Below are positions 43,465 to 43,870 of a stretch of DNA of 43,870 nt, piece after piece; within the stretch, counting starts at the first letter, position 1; each line of letters begins with the position of its first letter. A program made the position numbers and the translations under genes. The DNA is from Escherichia phage AnnaReinhart_Bas75. Location of the stretch: the sequence record PQ850596.1; one strand, 5' to 3'. Under the pieces are notes generated by a model. The model was not told the origin of the DNA. It saw only the letters and a list, made by a program, of their open reading frames with translations, and made no database searches.

Positions 43465-43733
43465 TTGAATATGATAACTACCACATAAACCGGTGTGAGG
43501 CACTTGAATTTTTGTCCAGAAACTTCCACGATTTCCCAGAACACATGCCTAATGTACGCGAAGTTGCGGAGGGTATTTCCGAGAACATATTCAAAGGCTG
43601 GCGATTCGTCGTTATTGATTCTGGTGAGTTGGTTTTCGCTGATTGCCTTTCACCATGTATTCGTAAAATAGACCTTGAGGAATTTAATGCAACTTTTAGT
43701 CTTTCCGAATGCCTGGGTTATAGCGGTAGCTAA
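43461..43733 (+). CDS. hypothetical protein (90 aa)
   Basis: Start overlaps previous stop; followed by terminator at 43793. Confidence 0.45.
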   Translation: MIEYDNYHINRCEALEFLSRNFHDFPEHMPNVREVAEGISENIFKGWRFVVIDSGELVFADCLSPCIRKIDLEEFNATFSLSECLGYSGS

Positions 43734-43792
43734 CGACCATTACGGCGGCGACGGTAAACGAGCGCCACGCCACGGCCTATATAACTGATACA

Positions 43793-43814
43793 AGCCCTCT
43801 ACGGAGGGCTTTTC
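43793..43814 (+). terminator. rho-independent terminator AGCCCTC-tacg-GAGGGCT followed by TTTT
   Basis: 7-bp stem, tetraloop and T-run after the last small gene. Confidence 0.6.
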
Positions 43815-43870
43815 TGTACATCCCGCCCAATCCCCTTATATAATCCCTTTAGACGCGTAGGGCGCGTCTG

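Noticed and set aside
1-43870. Search for CRISPR arrays, integrase/recombinase, transposase and CI-type repressor
   Set aside because: No regularly spaced direct repeats and no long ORF with recombinase-like character; the only repressor-like genes are a 71-aa Cro-like HTH and a 60-aa AlpA-like HTH, so a temperate lifestyle or mobile element is not supported.

Overview
The window reads as a near-complete genome (~43.9 kb) of a virulent tailed dsDNA phage with siphovirus-type organisation, probably infecting an enterobacterium (GC about 50%, sigma70-like promoters, lipobox and Shine-Dalgarno usage). No tools were run: every call rests on reading the ORF translations and DNA by eye, and family names come from remembered motifs, not database hits. 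Layout: (1) 1-24.5 kb, plus strand, packaging, head and tail genes: small and large terminase, portal, head morphogenesis protein, scaffold, major capsid protein, connector and tail-completion proteins, major tail protein, frameshifted tail assembly chaperones, tape measure, gpM-like distal tail protein with a long C-terminal extension, tip proteins and a 726-aa tailspike. This block is interrupted by an embedded Rz/Rz1 spanin pair and by two minus-strand inserts with their own promoters and terminators, one carrying an HTH-fused calcineurin-like metallophosphoesterase. (2) 24.5-36.6 kb, minus strand, replication module: SNF2-like helicase, C5-cytosine methyltransferase, VRR-NUC nuclease, family A DNA polymerase, SSB-like protein, Cas4-like PD-(D/E)XK nuclease, primase-helicase, an AlpA-like HTH protein and one plus-strand Cro-like HTH gene. 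(3) 36.6-43.7 kb, plus strand: about 25 small early-type genes plus the holin/endolysin cassette. The most interesting signals are a recurring AATAG-N4-CTATT palindrome embedded in two classes of promoter at eight or more sites, the minus-strand phosphoesterase cassette inside the tail operon, and a promoter/terminator-bracketed ~215-nt non-coding region with a 17-bp hairpin. No tRNA, rRNA, CRISPR array, integrase or transposase was found.
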